Shown here: in pieces, positions 10,617 through 24,200 of the stretch
How the letters are laid out: the number at the start of each line of letters is the position of its first letter
How positions within the stretch are numbered: the stretch's first letter is position 1
Assembly (NCBI GenBank): GCA_027923505.1
Contig: BROI01000008.1
Location: forward strand, 744,001 to 808,000
DNA length: 64,000 bases
Direction of reading: 5' to 3'
From: Mayamaea pseudoterrestris
Taxonomy: Eukaryota
Translations under genes and position numbers: made by a program
The notes under the pieces: generated by a model
Database searches by the model: none
Told to the model about the DNA's origin: nothing
What the model saw: the letters and a program-made list of their open reading frames with translations, nothing else

Positions 10617-13600
10617 GCCATGTATACACCCATATCACACCAGAATGGTGCCAACAACATTATTCAGGCTGCGCTACAAGATGGTAGGCTTGGCTGGTGT
10701 CTCAGAGGATGTCAATGTATTTGGTGACAACTTGTCACCAATCTCAGCCCAAAGATGCCGTGACATTCAAACGCCCCTACAGCAAGCCCTGTAGGTGCCC
10801 AAATTACACCAGAATGGTGCCAACATCATTATTCAGGCTGCACTACAAGATGGAAAGCTTGGCCGGTGTCTCAGGGGATGGCAATGTATTTGGTGACAAC
10901 TTGTCACCAGTCTCAGCCCGCAGATGCCATAAATTCAAACGCCCCTACAGCAAGCCCTGTAGGTGCCCAAATTACACCAGAATGGTGACAACATCATTAT
11001 TCAGGCTGCGCTACAAGATGGTATGCTTGGCTGGTGTCTCAGGGAATGGCAATGTATTTGCTGACAACTTGTCACCAGTCTCAGCCCGCAGATGCCATGA
11101 CATTCAAACGCCCCTACAGCAAGCCCTGCAGGAGCCCAGATTACACCAGAATGGTGCCAACGTCATTATTCAGGCTGCACTACGAGATGGAAAGCTTGGC
11201 TGGTGTCTCAGGGGATGGCAATGTATTTGGTGACAACTTGTCACCAGTCTCAGCCCGCAGATGCCATGACATTCAGACGCCCCTACAGCAAGCCCTGTAG
11301 GTGCCCAAATTACACCAGAATGGTGCCAACATCATTATTCAAGCTGCACTACAAGACGGTAGGCTTGGCTGGTGTCTCAGGGGTTGTATGGCAATGTATT
11401 TGGTGACAACTTGTCACCAGTCTCAGCCCGCAGATGCCATAAAATTCAAACGCCCCTACAGCAAGCCCTGTAGGTGCCCAAATTACACCAGAATGGTGAC
11501 AACATCATTATTCAGGCTGCACTACAAGATGGAAAGCTGTTTTGCTGGTGTCTCAGAGGATGTCAATGTATTTGGTGACAACTTGTCACCAATCTCAGCC
11601 CACAGATGCCGTGACATTCAAACGCCCCTACAGCAAGCCCTGTAGGTGCCCAAATTACACCAGAATTGTGCCAACATCAATATTCAGGCTGCACTACAAG
11701 ATGGAAAGCTTGGCCGGTGTCTCAGGGGATGGCAATGTTTTTGGTGACAACTTGTCACCAGTCTCATCCCGCAGATGCCATAAATTCAAACGCCCCTACA
11801 GCAAGCCCTGTAGGTGCCCAAATTACACCAGAATGGTGACAACATCATTTTTCAGGCTGCACTACAAGATGGAAAGCTTGGCTGGTGTCTCAGAGGATGT
11901 CAATGTATTTGGTGACAACTTGTCACCAGTCTCAGCCCGCAGATGCCGTGACATTCAAATGCCCCTACAGCAAACCTTGTAGGCGCCCAAATTACACCAG
12001 AATTGTGCCAACATCATAATTCAGGCTGCAGTACAAGTTGGTATGCTTGGCTGGTGTCTCAGGGGATGGCAATGTATTTGGTTACAACTTGTCACCAGTC
12101 TCAGCCAGCAGATGCCGTGACATTCAGACGCCCCTACAGCAAGCCTTGTAGGCGCCCAAATTACACCAGAACGGTGCCAACATCATTATTCAGGCTGCAC
12201 TACAAGACGGTAGGCTTGGCTGGTGTCTCAGGGGTTGTATGGCAATGTATTTGGTGACAACTTGTCACCAGTCTCAGCCCGCAGATGCCATAAAATTCAA
12301 ACGCCCCTACAGCAAGCCCTGTAGGTGCCCAAATTACACCAGAATGGTGACAACATCATTATTCAGGCTGCACTACAAGATGGAAAGCTGTTTGGCTGGT
12401 GTCTCAGAGGATGTCAATGTATTTGGTGACAACTTGTCACCAGTCTCAGCCCGCAGATGCCGTGACATTCAAATGCCCCTACAGCAAGCCCTGTAGGTGC
12501 CCAAATTACACCAGAATTGTGCCAACATCAATATTCAGGCTGCAGTACAAGTTGGTATGCTTGGCTGGTGTCTCAGAGGATGGCAATGTATTTGGTGACA
12601 ACTTGCCTCCAGTCTCAGCCAGCAGATGCTCACGTGACATTTAAACGCCATACAGCAAGCCCTGTAGGTGCCCAAATTACACCAGAATAATGCCAACATC
12701 ATTATTCAAGCTGCAGTACAAGAAGGAAAGCTTGGCTGGTGTCTCAGGGGATGGCAATGTATATGGTAACAACTTGTCACCAGTCTCGGCAAGCAGATGC
12801 TGTGACATTCAAACGCCCCTACAGCACGCCCTGTAGGTGCCCAAATAACACCAGAATGGTGCCAACATCATTATTCAGGCTGCGCTACAAGATGGTATGC
12901 TTGGCTGGTGTCTCAGGGAATGGCAATGTATTTGCTGACAACTTGTCACCAGTCTCAGCCCGCAGATGCCATGACATTCAAACGCCCCTACAGCAAGCCC
13001 TGCAGGAGCCCAGATTACACCAGAATGGTGCCAACGTCATTATTCAGGCTGCACTACGAGATGGAAAGCTTGGCTGGTGTCTCAGGGGATGGCAATGTAT
13101 TTGGTGACAACTTGTCACCAGTCTCAGCCCGCAGATGCCATGACATTCAAATGCCCCTACAGCAAGCCCGTAGGTGCCCAAATTACACCAGAATGGTGCC
13201 AACATCATTATTCAGGCTGCACTACAAGATGGAAAGCTTGGCTGGTGTCTCAGGAGATGGCAATGAATTTGGTGACAACTTGTCACCAGTCTCAGCCCGC
13301 AGATGCCATGACATTCAAATGCCCCTACAGCAAGCCCCGTAGGTGCCCAAATTACACTAGAATGGTGCCAACATCATTGTTTAGGCTGCGCTACAAGATG
13401 GTAGGCTTGGCTGGTGTCTCAGGGGATGGCAATGTATTTGCTGACAACTTGTCACCAGTCTCAGCCCGCAGATGCCATGACATTCAGACGCCCCTACAGC
13501 AAGCCCTGCAGGTGCCCAAATTACACCAGAATGGTGCCAATATCATTATTCAGGCTGCGCTACAAGATGGTATGCTTGGCTGGTGTCTCAGGGGATGGCA

Positions 13601-14610
13601 ATGTATTTGCTGACAACTTGTCACCAGTCTCAGCCCGCAGATGCCATGACATTCAAATGCCCCTACAGCAAGCCCTGCAGGTGCCCAGATTACACCAGAA
13701 TGGTGCCAACATCATTATTCAGGCTGCACTACGAGATGGAAAGCTTGGCTGGTGTCTCAGGGGATGGCAATGTATTTGCTGACAACTTGTCACCAGTCTC
13801 AGCCCGCAGATGCCATGACATTCAAACGCCCCTACAGCAAGCCCTGCAGGTGCCCAGATTACACCAGAATGGTGCCAACATCATTATTCAGGCTGCACTT
13901 CGAGATGGAAAGCTTGGCTGGTGTCTCAGGGGATGGCAATGTATTTGGTGACAACTTGTCACCAGTCTCAGCCAGCAGATGCTCACGTGACATTCAAACG
14001 CCCCTACAGCAAGCCCTGTAGGTGCCCAAATTACACCAGAATGGTGCCAACATCATTTTTCAGGCTGCACTACAAGATGGAAAGCTTGGCTGGTGTCTCA
14101 GGAGATGGCAATGTATTTGGTGACAACTTGTCACCAGTCTCAGCCCGCAGATGCCATGACATTCAAATGCCCCTACAGCAAGCCCCGTAGGTGCCCAAAT
14201 TACAGCAGAATGGTGCCAACATCATTGTTTAGGCTGCGCTACAAGATGGTAGGCTTGGCTGGTGTCTCAGGGGATGGCAATGTATTTGCTGACAACTTGT
14301 CACCAGTCTCAGCCCGCAGATGCCATGACATTCAAACGCCCCTACAGCAAGCCCTGTAGGTGCCCAAATTACACCAGAACGGTGCCAACATCATTGTTTA
14401 GGCTGCACTACGAGATGGAAAGCTTGGCTGGTGTCTCAGGGGATGGCAATGTATTTGGTGACAACTTGTCACCAGTCTCAGCCAGCAGATGCCTTCATAT
14501 TTAATTGCCCCTATAAGAAGCCCTGTGGGGGCCCAAATTACACCAGAATGGTGCCAACATCATTATTCAAGCTGCGCTACAAGTGGGTAGGCTTGGCTGG
14601 TGTCTCAGGG
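10617..14610. repeat. 169-bp tandem satellite, block 1 (about 24 monomers)
   Basis: Head-to-tail repeats of CCCAAATTACACCAGAATGGTGCCAACATCATTATTCAGGCTGC...TGGTGACAACTTGTCACCA...CCTACAGCAAGCCCTGTAGG at 169-bp spacing. Confidence 0.98.
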
Positions 14611-14995
14611 TAACACCGTTGACGATTTCGCAGTCAACGTCTTACCTCCAAAAAGCTCCGATACAGGGTCCTTGGCCACGGTCTGTACAGCTCTGATGGA
14701 GATGGCTCGTCAAATAGTCTTGCGCTCGCCACTACACGAATACGACTGCACTCTCGTCGCAAACTAGTAGTTTTATATTGTGAGCTTATCGCTACATCGC
14801 TACATCGACCACTCGGAAGATCATCCGATCAATCCAATCACATTACATCAGTCGTAACTGGTCGTTCCATTCATACAACGCATCCACACGACGGTTGCGC
14901 ACTTTCTTCATTCACATGTCACATACGACAGCTGCGGACTCGACACAAGCTAATTAGGGTTCGGGCTCTTGACTTCGCCGCTCTACGACTTGTCA
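14611..14995 (-). repeat. 3' LTR of Copia A (385 bp)
   Basis: Direct repeat of 20814-21208. By eye 4 substitutions plus 1-bp and 9-bp indels. Termini TGACA...TGTTA on the minus strand. Confidence 0.95.
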
Positions 14996-17900
14996 CTCCC
15001 CTCGGGTACGCCGCTCGTCGTAGCCGCATTCTTGTCCTTCACAATTGCATACGATGTATCGCCGCGCCAAAACAATACTGGCTTGAGCAATGGCATCGCA
15101 TCACAGTACGGCAGGTACTTCGTCAGTACGTCCGCAATGTTCTCCTTTCCGTCAATCTTTACAAACTTGATAATCCCCGCAGCAACTGCCCAACGAACAC
15201 GATGGTAGGCCAACGCATTGTGTCGCTTGGACAATGTCGAACTCGGGATTGTAGATTGCGTAATCACTGCTTGGTTGTCTCCGTACATCCAGGCAGACTT
15301 CTCCAATGGTACGCCCATAGCCATGAGCGACACACGTAGAGAAATGCTGATATCCGTTCCACTCTTTGCTACGCCGAATTCCGATCCGAAGGTCGCAGTC
15401 TCGACTGTAGCCTGGAGTTTGCAATGCCAGTCGACAGGCGTCTGATTGACAAATGACAAAACTCCTTCCAATGACTTGCCTGTCACCATGCAATGCATGA
15501 GACACGCATCCTCGAAAGTTGATGTTCGTACGGTCACACCCTTTGGCGGTGGGTAGACGTCCAACATCTCATCAACTCCGTCCTTCCCGTAAACGCTGCG
15601 CTCCCAATCTTGTTCCTCCATGGTGCCGAAGTGCTCCTCGTTGGCTGGCCACTTTGTACGGAAACGGATTGCTGCGTCCGGTAACTCTCGCAAATATCCA
15701 CAGACTCGCTTCACACGCTGCAGGTGTCCCTTGCGCGGCTCCACACGGAATCGCGACAGACTCACAACTGCTACGGCAATGTCAAATCGTCCCAAAGTAA
15801 TCGCCCACTGAAGTGCTCCGACTAGAGACTGGTAAATCTTCTTCTCTTGGTCGTTCAGTAGCTCGCTTTGGTCGGTCGATGCTTGCTTGTCGATTTGGTG
15901 ATGGTACTTCTTCGGAGGACCTTCAAACAAACGCTCGTACTGCGCCAAGAATGCAACTTTCAGACGCCCGTAGGCAGTAAAGGGTTCCGTCAGGGTCTCG
16001 TCCAAAGTCACCGCCGAGATGATACTCGGGATGTCCAACACCTTTAAGCTTAAACTTGTACTTCTCCTCTAGCATCTTGAAGAACGCTGCTGGATCGTCT
16101 GAAATATTTAACAGATCGTCGACCCATACACAGAGGTAGTCGTAGCTGTCGCCGGCGTCCTTGATCCACAGATCGGAATCGCAATAGGACGGCTTCCACC
16201 CTTCCGCAAGTAGGGCGTCGGCTAAGCGTTCGTGAAATCGTGCTCCGCTCGTTCGCAATCCGTACAAAGCCTTGACGATGACCAGGATGTGTCCTTCGCG
16301 CTCCCCGAACTCGGGGCCTCCAACGAAGTATACCTTCTCCTTGGTGAACGCTTCGAGATAAGCATTCCCAATGTCACCGACCATGCACTTCTTGCCGTTC
16401 GCTTCTCCAATGACGAGAGCTAGACGCATTGCCTTCAATGAGATAACACTGGAGTAGGCATCGTCGTTGTCTTTCGTCATGTGGCCGCCTGCAACGAGAC
16501 GTGCCTTGTATCGCAAATCGTGCTTGACATCGTACACAAAATGGACTCGGATCTTCTGGTAACCAGTTGGTGGTGTTGTGGTGGAACTCGGACCAAGATC
16601 TTGAAACGTCTCGTACTCGTCCAGGTTCGCAAGCTCCACGCCTTCCGCATCCGTCCACTTCGTGTGCCCTGCAGCTTCTTGTAGACGACGCGCTTCCTTC
16701 CAGTCTCGGGGTACTTGGACTCCAAACTTGTAGCGCGGTCCGTTCTTCTGCTGCTCCATTCGGGCGGTCGCCACCTTGCGCGCAACCTTCTTGGCGTTCC
16801 GGCCCATCGATTCAACGATGTCCATCCGTCCTTGTCGAGAAGATTATGCTTTTGCGCGTAGGCTGCCACTGATACTTTGTCGCTTTCGATCATCGCGTTG
16901 AGAGGCTCCCAAGTCTTGGATCCATCGTCCCATTGTACAAGGACGTTCCACTTGGAGTGCTTCCAGTTCTTCGACTTGCTCGTCAGCGGACCCTGATGGT
17001 CTAGAATCTCCTTGAAGAACCATTTACGCTCAGGATTTGCCATGTCTTGGTTCACTTTGGCCTCATAGAGATCGGAAACCTCGACATAGGACATGACTTC
17101 ATCCGCTTCGCCGTTACCAAGTTTCAGCATCATTTTAATGTTCTGATGGTTCTGGGCGTCGCGATTGTTCAGCTTGCTCATGACGGTCGCTCGAACTTCT
17201 TGCCCGTCGTCCGTCTTCATGAGAAACGACTTGCCGATAAGTTCATCGGGTGCATACTTCGGGAGTTTGCGCCACGGATTGATGTTCTTCTTCTTCGGCT
17301 TGTCGTCGTCGTCATCGGCAGGAAGCATCGGCAGTGGATCTAGCTCCCCGTCGGTCATATCGTCATCTTCCGGGTATTCCACCGTCTCGACCAAAGGGGT
17401 ATCGTCTTCGTCAGGAATGAAAGAATCTTCGTCTCTGCTGTCGGCGTCGGTAATCTTCTTGATCATTTCCGGCATAAGGATCTCGCCACCTAGACCAGGT
17501 ACGGTATAGCGCGGCTCCCCTTCTTTCATGACTGGGGAAGCAGGTGCCGGTACGCGAAGGTTCAAAAATTTTGGGTTGTTTCGGGGTAAGCAAACCGATC
17601 GCGTCATGATCTCGTGTGTCTCGCAATCGCAGATGAAGTACGTCAGGTCGTCTCCGCACGTCGTGTTGGGACCAAGCCAGTACGCCGCGCGCTGGCGGGT
17701 ACCCGGGGCCTCGACATCCTTGACAAAGTAGTTGACAATTTCAAACCAACGAAAATGCAAATACTTCGACACGTCGGGGACTTGCCCAGTGATAAACTCA
17801 ATGGGAGATTTGCCGTCCAAGGCAGGATGCGACAAATGACGGTACATCTCGGTCTGAAAGAGTAAAGCGCGTAGCCAGAAGCATGCCGGAGTGCCCGTTC

Positions 17901-20716
17901 GGTCCATAAGTCGTTCATGACTTTCCTTTACGTGCCCGATGATGCGATCGGCTGGGTTTTGATTCTGATAGTACGGCTCCGATGTATGACGACGGCGAAT
18001 CATGAACTCGCGCATTACTTCGTCAAACTCGGCACTCATCGCTTCTTTCGCATTATCCGAGAAGACTTCCAACGGAGCTCCAAACTCGCGGATGAAATCA
18101 CGGAATCGTTTTGGTACGTCACCTTTCGTCCGCATGGGATACACGACAATGATCTGACTGCGACAACCATAGAATAGCTGCACGCATGTGCACCCTGCAT
18201 GTCCGTCGATATGGTCATCCATGGCAGGTTCGTCGAAGAACATGGTGTCATGGGCCACTCGATCATCTAGACGGTAGACGTTCAGGAATCGGCTCTTTCG
18301 ATGCATTCGTGGGGGGTATCGGCGCTCGTGCATGTTGAACTGCGTGCTATGGCGCAAAGTATCCTTGATCGTCTGCGCCGGGTACCATGCAAAGTTCGGC
18401 AGCAATGCGTCGATATCGGGTTTCTTTGGCAGGATAGACTTGTAGGGCTGATAGACGAGATCCGCATTGTATTTCTGTACGACGGCACAAACATTCAGCT
18501 CCTTCTCGGTGTAAACAGGTTGATTGTCGTGTCCGAGATTCGTATAAGTCAGGTTGCTCTGACAATGGGTGCGATTCCGCGTACGCGAGCGTGTCACGCG
18601 CGTGAAGCCCTCTTCGTCGTCACTGTCTTCGTCGTCTTCATCGCGCGACAACAAGTCCGGTACGTCGTCCTCGTCGTCATCGTCATCCGAAGAGTCATAG
18701 TCGTCGTCCTCGGTCGGCTCGACGTCAAACTCATTCGGATCCCAAGGCCCATCGAAAGTCATCATGACCCGAGGTAAGGTGTGAAGCTCATGCGCCGACA
18801 CTGGAAACATTGGCAAGGTCGCCATGCCACTTTCCATTCCGAGCATAAACTTGTATCCATCTGGCGTTTCGATTCGTAACTTGCCACCAAAGTTGTAATG
18901 CTTATCATTGACATGAAGTCCGAAGGCTTCCATCTGCATACTCGAATGAATCGTCTTGCCGGTTCCAGAATATGCGTAATTATGGAACTCGCCGATGACC
19001 CAACCCTTGGTGCTCTTAAGCTTGGCGACTGCTGTGACGGTAGACAGGTCCGGAAGCTTGAGACCACCGACTCCAGTGACTTCAATCTTGTGGAACTTGT
19101 CCTCGGTAAGGATGCGGCCATCCGCTCCCCATACTCCGCCACTCGCGCCGCGATCGACAGTCGACGCTGAATGCTTATCCAAGTCAATGCTCGCGACTTT
19201 GTACTTGCGACTCTGAGCAATGTTTGCTCCCCGAGTCGTAGTCGTGGGCTGGTCTGGACCTAAGAAACTTCGCATCGCTGAGCCACGGCTGGTGTTGTTC
19301 ACACATTCGGTCGCCGCACTCGCCGTCGTTGCCGCTGATGAAGTGGCTGCGACGTTTGCGTTGCGTGTTGTACTCGTCGTCTGCGTGGTGCCTGCCTGTG
19401 TTGCTGATGCCGAACCACCTGCAGCACTGGCCGCTCGACTCGTACCACGGCGTTCAAACACTTCATGTTGCTGATCGCGGGTAAGGAGTCGCCACGTGTT
19501 TGGTGGAATCGTCGCATTCACGTCGCTGGGAATTTCGATCGTCTTCGTGTCGGCATAGCTGCGAACATACGAACGAGTATCTCCCCGACCGCGGCCGCCG
19601 CCGCCTCGTCCCGTGCTCAAGTCGCCGCAACCACCGCCCCCCTGATTGGATTGCTGATTGTTGCTGCTACTTGGCGTAGACTGGGAATTGTTTGCGCTTG
19701 CCTTCTTCGTCTTCTCCTTCTCTTTCTTGGTTTGCTCAGATTGGTTCGCCTGGCGCTTCTCGGTCTCCTTGATGCCACGACGATTGTCAGATTGACGTGC
19801 GACGTCGTTCAGGAGGTTCCAAAACTGGGTGTACGTCATCGGGTTGCCGGTCTTGGACTCTTCGATCAGCGCCATGTTCACCGCCGATGCCATATCCGCA
19901 TGGCGGAAAACCACGGTCAGCTCTGACGCTTCGTGCTGAGGCTCGGTTTCCTCAGCGTAGTCATTGTAGTTCTCTTCCTTGCTGGACCACTGGATAAGCC
20001 AATCTGACGAGAGACTGCCATGACGGGATTCAAATTGCCCTTCGTCTTCGCGAGCACGGTGCCCAACTCCAGAATGTCGCCTCCAACTCTGCATGACGCA
20101 GGCATTTGCGCTGTCGATGTGCTTGCGGCAATGGACATGAGCTTGCTCTGCGGTGTCTTGCAGGTAAGGCGGCAAAGTTCGGTGACACTGATACTGGCAC
20201 CGGGCTCGGAGTGCAGCTGGTGCCTTGACCCTCTCGTCCCCAGCCAAGCGCCAGTAGGTGCCAGAGGAGCAGAAGGGCGACATCGTTTTGAGGCCTCCAT
20301 GTCAGCTTGATGTCGTGTCGCTTTGTCGTGGTGTCGTTGCCTCCGATAACGCTGAAGTCTCCGAAACTGCGGTTTCCTGCGGTCGGTGACCCCGGTGCTG
20401 CTGGGAGGTCTCGGCTCGTAATGTGGTCTTTCTCCAGGTCTTGCCATTGCGCAGTCGTCCGACGTTGCTCGTGAATCCAACTCATGAGCTTGCGCAACCG
20501 GCTTGTTCGTATCGTCGACCACTGGTGCTGGGTCTTAATGTTTGTCACGTCTTGTTCCGACAGCTCGGCCATCGCCTCCGCAGTCGTGAGTTCCTCTTGC
20601 TCGAAACACACTGCGGTAGGGTCGTTTGGATCCCAAGTTGCGGATGCTGCGAGCCACGGAATGTCAAAGACTTTACCGACGGCACGCTTGTAGGTCGTTA
20701 CATCAATTGTCGCCAT
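14983..20716 (-). pseudogene. Frameshifted gag-pol polyprotein of Copia A
   Basis: Coding sequence is split over four ORFs (breaks near 20280, 16810 and 15970). Protease VDRGASGG, integrase HDT/SDNA/NPAD, RT YKARLVAGG and CVWVDD, RNase H ENIADVLTK. Confidence 0.9.
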
Positions 20717-20813
20717 GGTGGAGGTTGATCAGAGGAATCGGACTTGCTGCAGATGAATGTGTCACGATAGCTCCCTCGCTCATTCTTGCTCTCGAAGCAC
20801 TGAAATGTTAATC

Positions 20814-21208
20814 TAACACCGTTGACGATTTTGCAGTCAACGTCTTACATCCAAAAAGCTCCGATACAGGGTCCTTGGCCACGGTCTGTACAGCTCTTGA
20901 TGGAGATGGCTCGTCGAATAGTCTTGCGCTCGCCACTACACGAATACGACTGCACTCTCGTCGCAAACTAGTAGTTTTATATTGTGAGCTTATCGCTACA
21001 TCGCTACATCGACCACTCGGAAGATCATCCGATCAATCCGTTTCTTTCAATCACATTACATCAGTCGTAACTGGTCGTTCCATTCATACAACGCATCCAC
21101 ACGACGGTTGCGCACTTTCTTCATTCACATGTCACATACGACAGCTGCGGACTCGACACAAGCTAATTAGGGTTTGGGCTCTTGACTTCGCCGCTCTACG
21201 ACTTGTCA
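20814..21208 (-). repeat. 5' LTR of Copia A (395 bp)
   Basis: Direct repeat of 14611-14995, followed on the minus strand by GATTAACA (20813-20806). Confidence 0.95.
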
Positions 21209-24200
21209 CAGGGGATGGCAATGTATTAGGTGACAACTTGTCACCAGTCTCAGCCCGCAGATGCCTTCATATCAATTGCCCCTACAGCAAGCCCTGTAGG
21301 TGCCCAAATTACTCCAGAATGGTGCCAACATCATGAGTCAGGCTGCACTACAAGATGCAAAGCTTGGCTGGTGTCTCAGGGGATGGCAATGTATTTGGTG
21401 ACAACTTGTCACCAGTCTCAGCCCGCAGGTGCCATGACATTCAGACACCCCTACAGCAAGCCCTGTAGGTGCCCAAATTACCTCAGAATGGTGCCAACAA
21501 CATTACTCAGGCTGCGCTACAAGTGGGTAGGCTTGGCTGGTCTCTCAGGGGATGGCAATGTATTTGGTGACAACTTGTCACCAGTCTCAGCCAGCAGATG
21601 CCGTGACATTCAAATGCCCCTACAGCAAGCCCTGTAGGTGCCCAAATTACACCAGAATGGTGCCAACATCATTATTCACGCTGCGCTACAAGATGGTAGG
21701 CTTGTCTGGTGTCTCAGGGGATGGCAATGTATTTGGTGACAACTTGTCACCAATCTCAGCCCACAGATGCCGTGACATTCAAACGCCCCTACAGCAAGCC
21801 CTGTAGGTGCCCAAATTACACCAGAATGGTGCCAACATCATTATTCAGGCTGCACTACAAGATGGAAAGCTTGGCCGGTGTCTCAGGGGATGGCAATGTA
21901 TTTGGTGACAACTTGTCACCAGTCTCAGCCCGCAGATGTCATAAATTCAAACGCCCCTACAGCAAGCCCTGTAGGTGCCCAAATTACACCAGAATGGTGA
22001 CAACATCAATTTTCAGGCTGCACTACAAGGTGGAAAGCTTGGCTGGTGTCTCAGGGGATGGCAATGTATTTGGTGACAACTTGTCACCAGTCTCAGCCAG
22101 CAGATGCCATGACATTCAGACGCCCCTACAGCAAGCCCTGTAGGTGCCCAAATTACACCAGAATGGTGCCAACATCACTATTCAGGCTGCACTACGAGAT
22201 GGAAAGCTTGGCTGGTGTCTCAGGGGATGGCAATGTATTTTGTGACAACTTGTCACCAGTCTCAGCCCGCAGATGCCATGACATTCAAACACCCCTACAG
22301 CAAGCCCTGTAGGTGCCCAAATTACACCAGAATGGTGCCAACATCATTATTCAGGCTGCACTACAAGATGGTATGCTTGGCTGGTGTCTCAGGGGATGGC
22401 AATGTATTTGGTGACAACTTGTCACCAGTCTCAGCCAGCAGATGCCATGACATTCAAACACCCCTACAGCAAGCCCTGTAGGTGCCCAAATTACACCAGA
22501 ATGGTGCCAACATCATTATTCAGGCTGCACTACGAGATGGAAAGCTTGGCTGGTTTCTCATGGGATGGCAATGTATTTGGTGCCAACTTGTCACCAGTCT
22601 CAGCCAGCAGATGCTCACGTGACATTCCAACGCCCCTACAGCAAGCCCTGTAGGTGCCCAAATTACACCAGAATGGTGCCAACATCATTATTCAGGCTGC
22701 ACTACGAGATGGAAAGCTTGGCTGGTGTCTCAGGGGATGGCAATGTATTTGGTGACAACTTGTCACCAGTCTCAGCCCGCCAATGCCTTGACATTCAAAC
22801 GCCCCTACAGCAAGCCCTGTAGGTGCCCAAATTACTCCAGAATGGTGCCAACATCATTATTCAGGCTGCACTACAAGATGGAAAGCTTGGCTGGTGTCTC
22901 AGGGGATGGCAATGTATTTGGTGACAACTTGTCACCAGTCTCAGCCCGCAGATGCCATGACATTCAAACACCCCTACAGCAAGCCCTGTAGGTGCCCAAA
23001 TTACACCAGAATGGTGCCAACATCATTATTCAGGCTGCACTACGAGATGGAAAGCTTGGCTGGTGTCTCAGGGGATGGCAATGTATTTGGTGACAACTTG
23101 TCACCAGTCTCAGCCAGCAGATGCTCACGTGACATTCCAACGCCCCTACAGCAAGCCCTGTAGGTGCCCAAATTACACCAGAATGGTGCCAACATCATTA
23201 TTCAGGCTGCACTACAAGATGGAAAGCTTGGATGGTGTCTCACGGGATGGCAATGTATTTGGTGACAACTTGTCACCAGTCTCAGCCCGCAGATGCCATG
23301 ACATTCAAACGCCCCTACAGCAAGCCCTGTAGGTGCCCAAATTACACCAGAATGGTGCCAACATCATTATTCAGGCTGCACTACGAGATGGAAAGCTTGG
23401 CTGGTGTCTCAGGGGATGGCAATGTATTTGGTGACAACTTGTCACCAGTCTCAGCCAGCAGATGCCATGACATTCAAACGCCCCTACAGCAAGCCCTGTA
23501 GGTGCCCAAATTACACCAGAATGGTGCCAACATCATTATTCAGGCTGCGCTACAAGATGGTAGGCTTGGCTGGTGTCTCAGGGGATGGCAATGTATTTGG
23601 TGACAACTTGTCACCAGTCTCAGCCCGCAGATGCCATGACATTCAGACACCCCTACAGCAAGCCCTGTAGGTGCCCAAATTACACCAGAATGGTGCCAAC
23701 ATCATTATCAGGCTGCGCTACAAGATGGTAGGCTTGGCTGGTGTCTCAGGGGATGGCAATGTATTTGGTGACAACTTGTCACCAGTCTCAGCCAGCAGAT
23801 GCCATGACATTCAGATGCCCCTACAGCAAGCCCTGTAGGTGCCCAAATTACAACAGAATGGTGCCAACATCATTATTCAGGCTGCACTACAAGATTGAAT
23901 GCTTGGCTGGTGTCTCAGGGGATGGCAACGTATTTGGTGACAACTTGTCACCAGTCTCAGCCCGCAGATGCCATGAGATTCAGACGCCCCTACAGCAAGC
24001 CATGTATACACCCAAATCACACCAGAATGGTGCCAACATCATTATTCAGGCTGCACTACAAGATGGTATGCTTGGCTGGTGTCTCAGGGGATGGCAATGT
24101 ATTTGGTGACAACTTGTCACCAGTCTCAGCCCGCAGATGCCATGACATTCAAACACCCCTACAGCAAGCCCTGTAGGTGCCCAAATTACACCAGAATGGT

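Larger units (their letters stand above)
14611..21208 (-). mobile_element. Ty1/Copia LTR retrotransposon A (CoDi-like), full length but disrupted
   Basis: Two LTRs, 5-bp TSD CAGGG (14606-14610 and 21209-21213) inside a satellite monomer, PPT GAGGGGAG (15003-14996), domain order gag-PR-IN-RT-RH. Confidence 0.96.
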
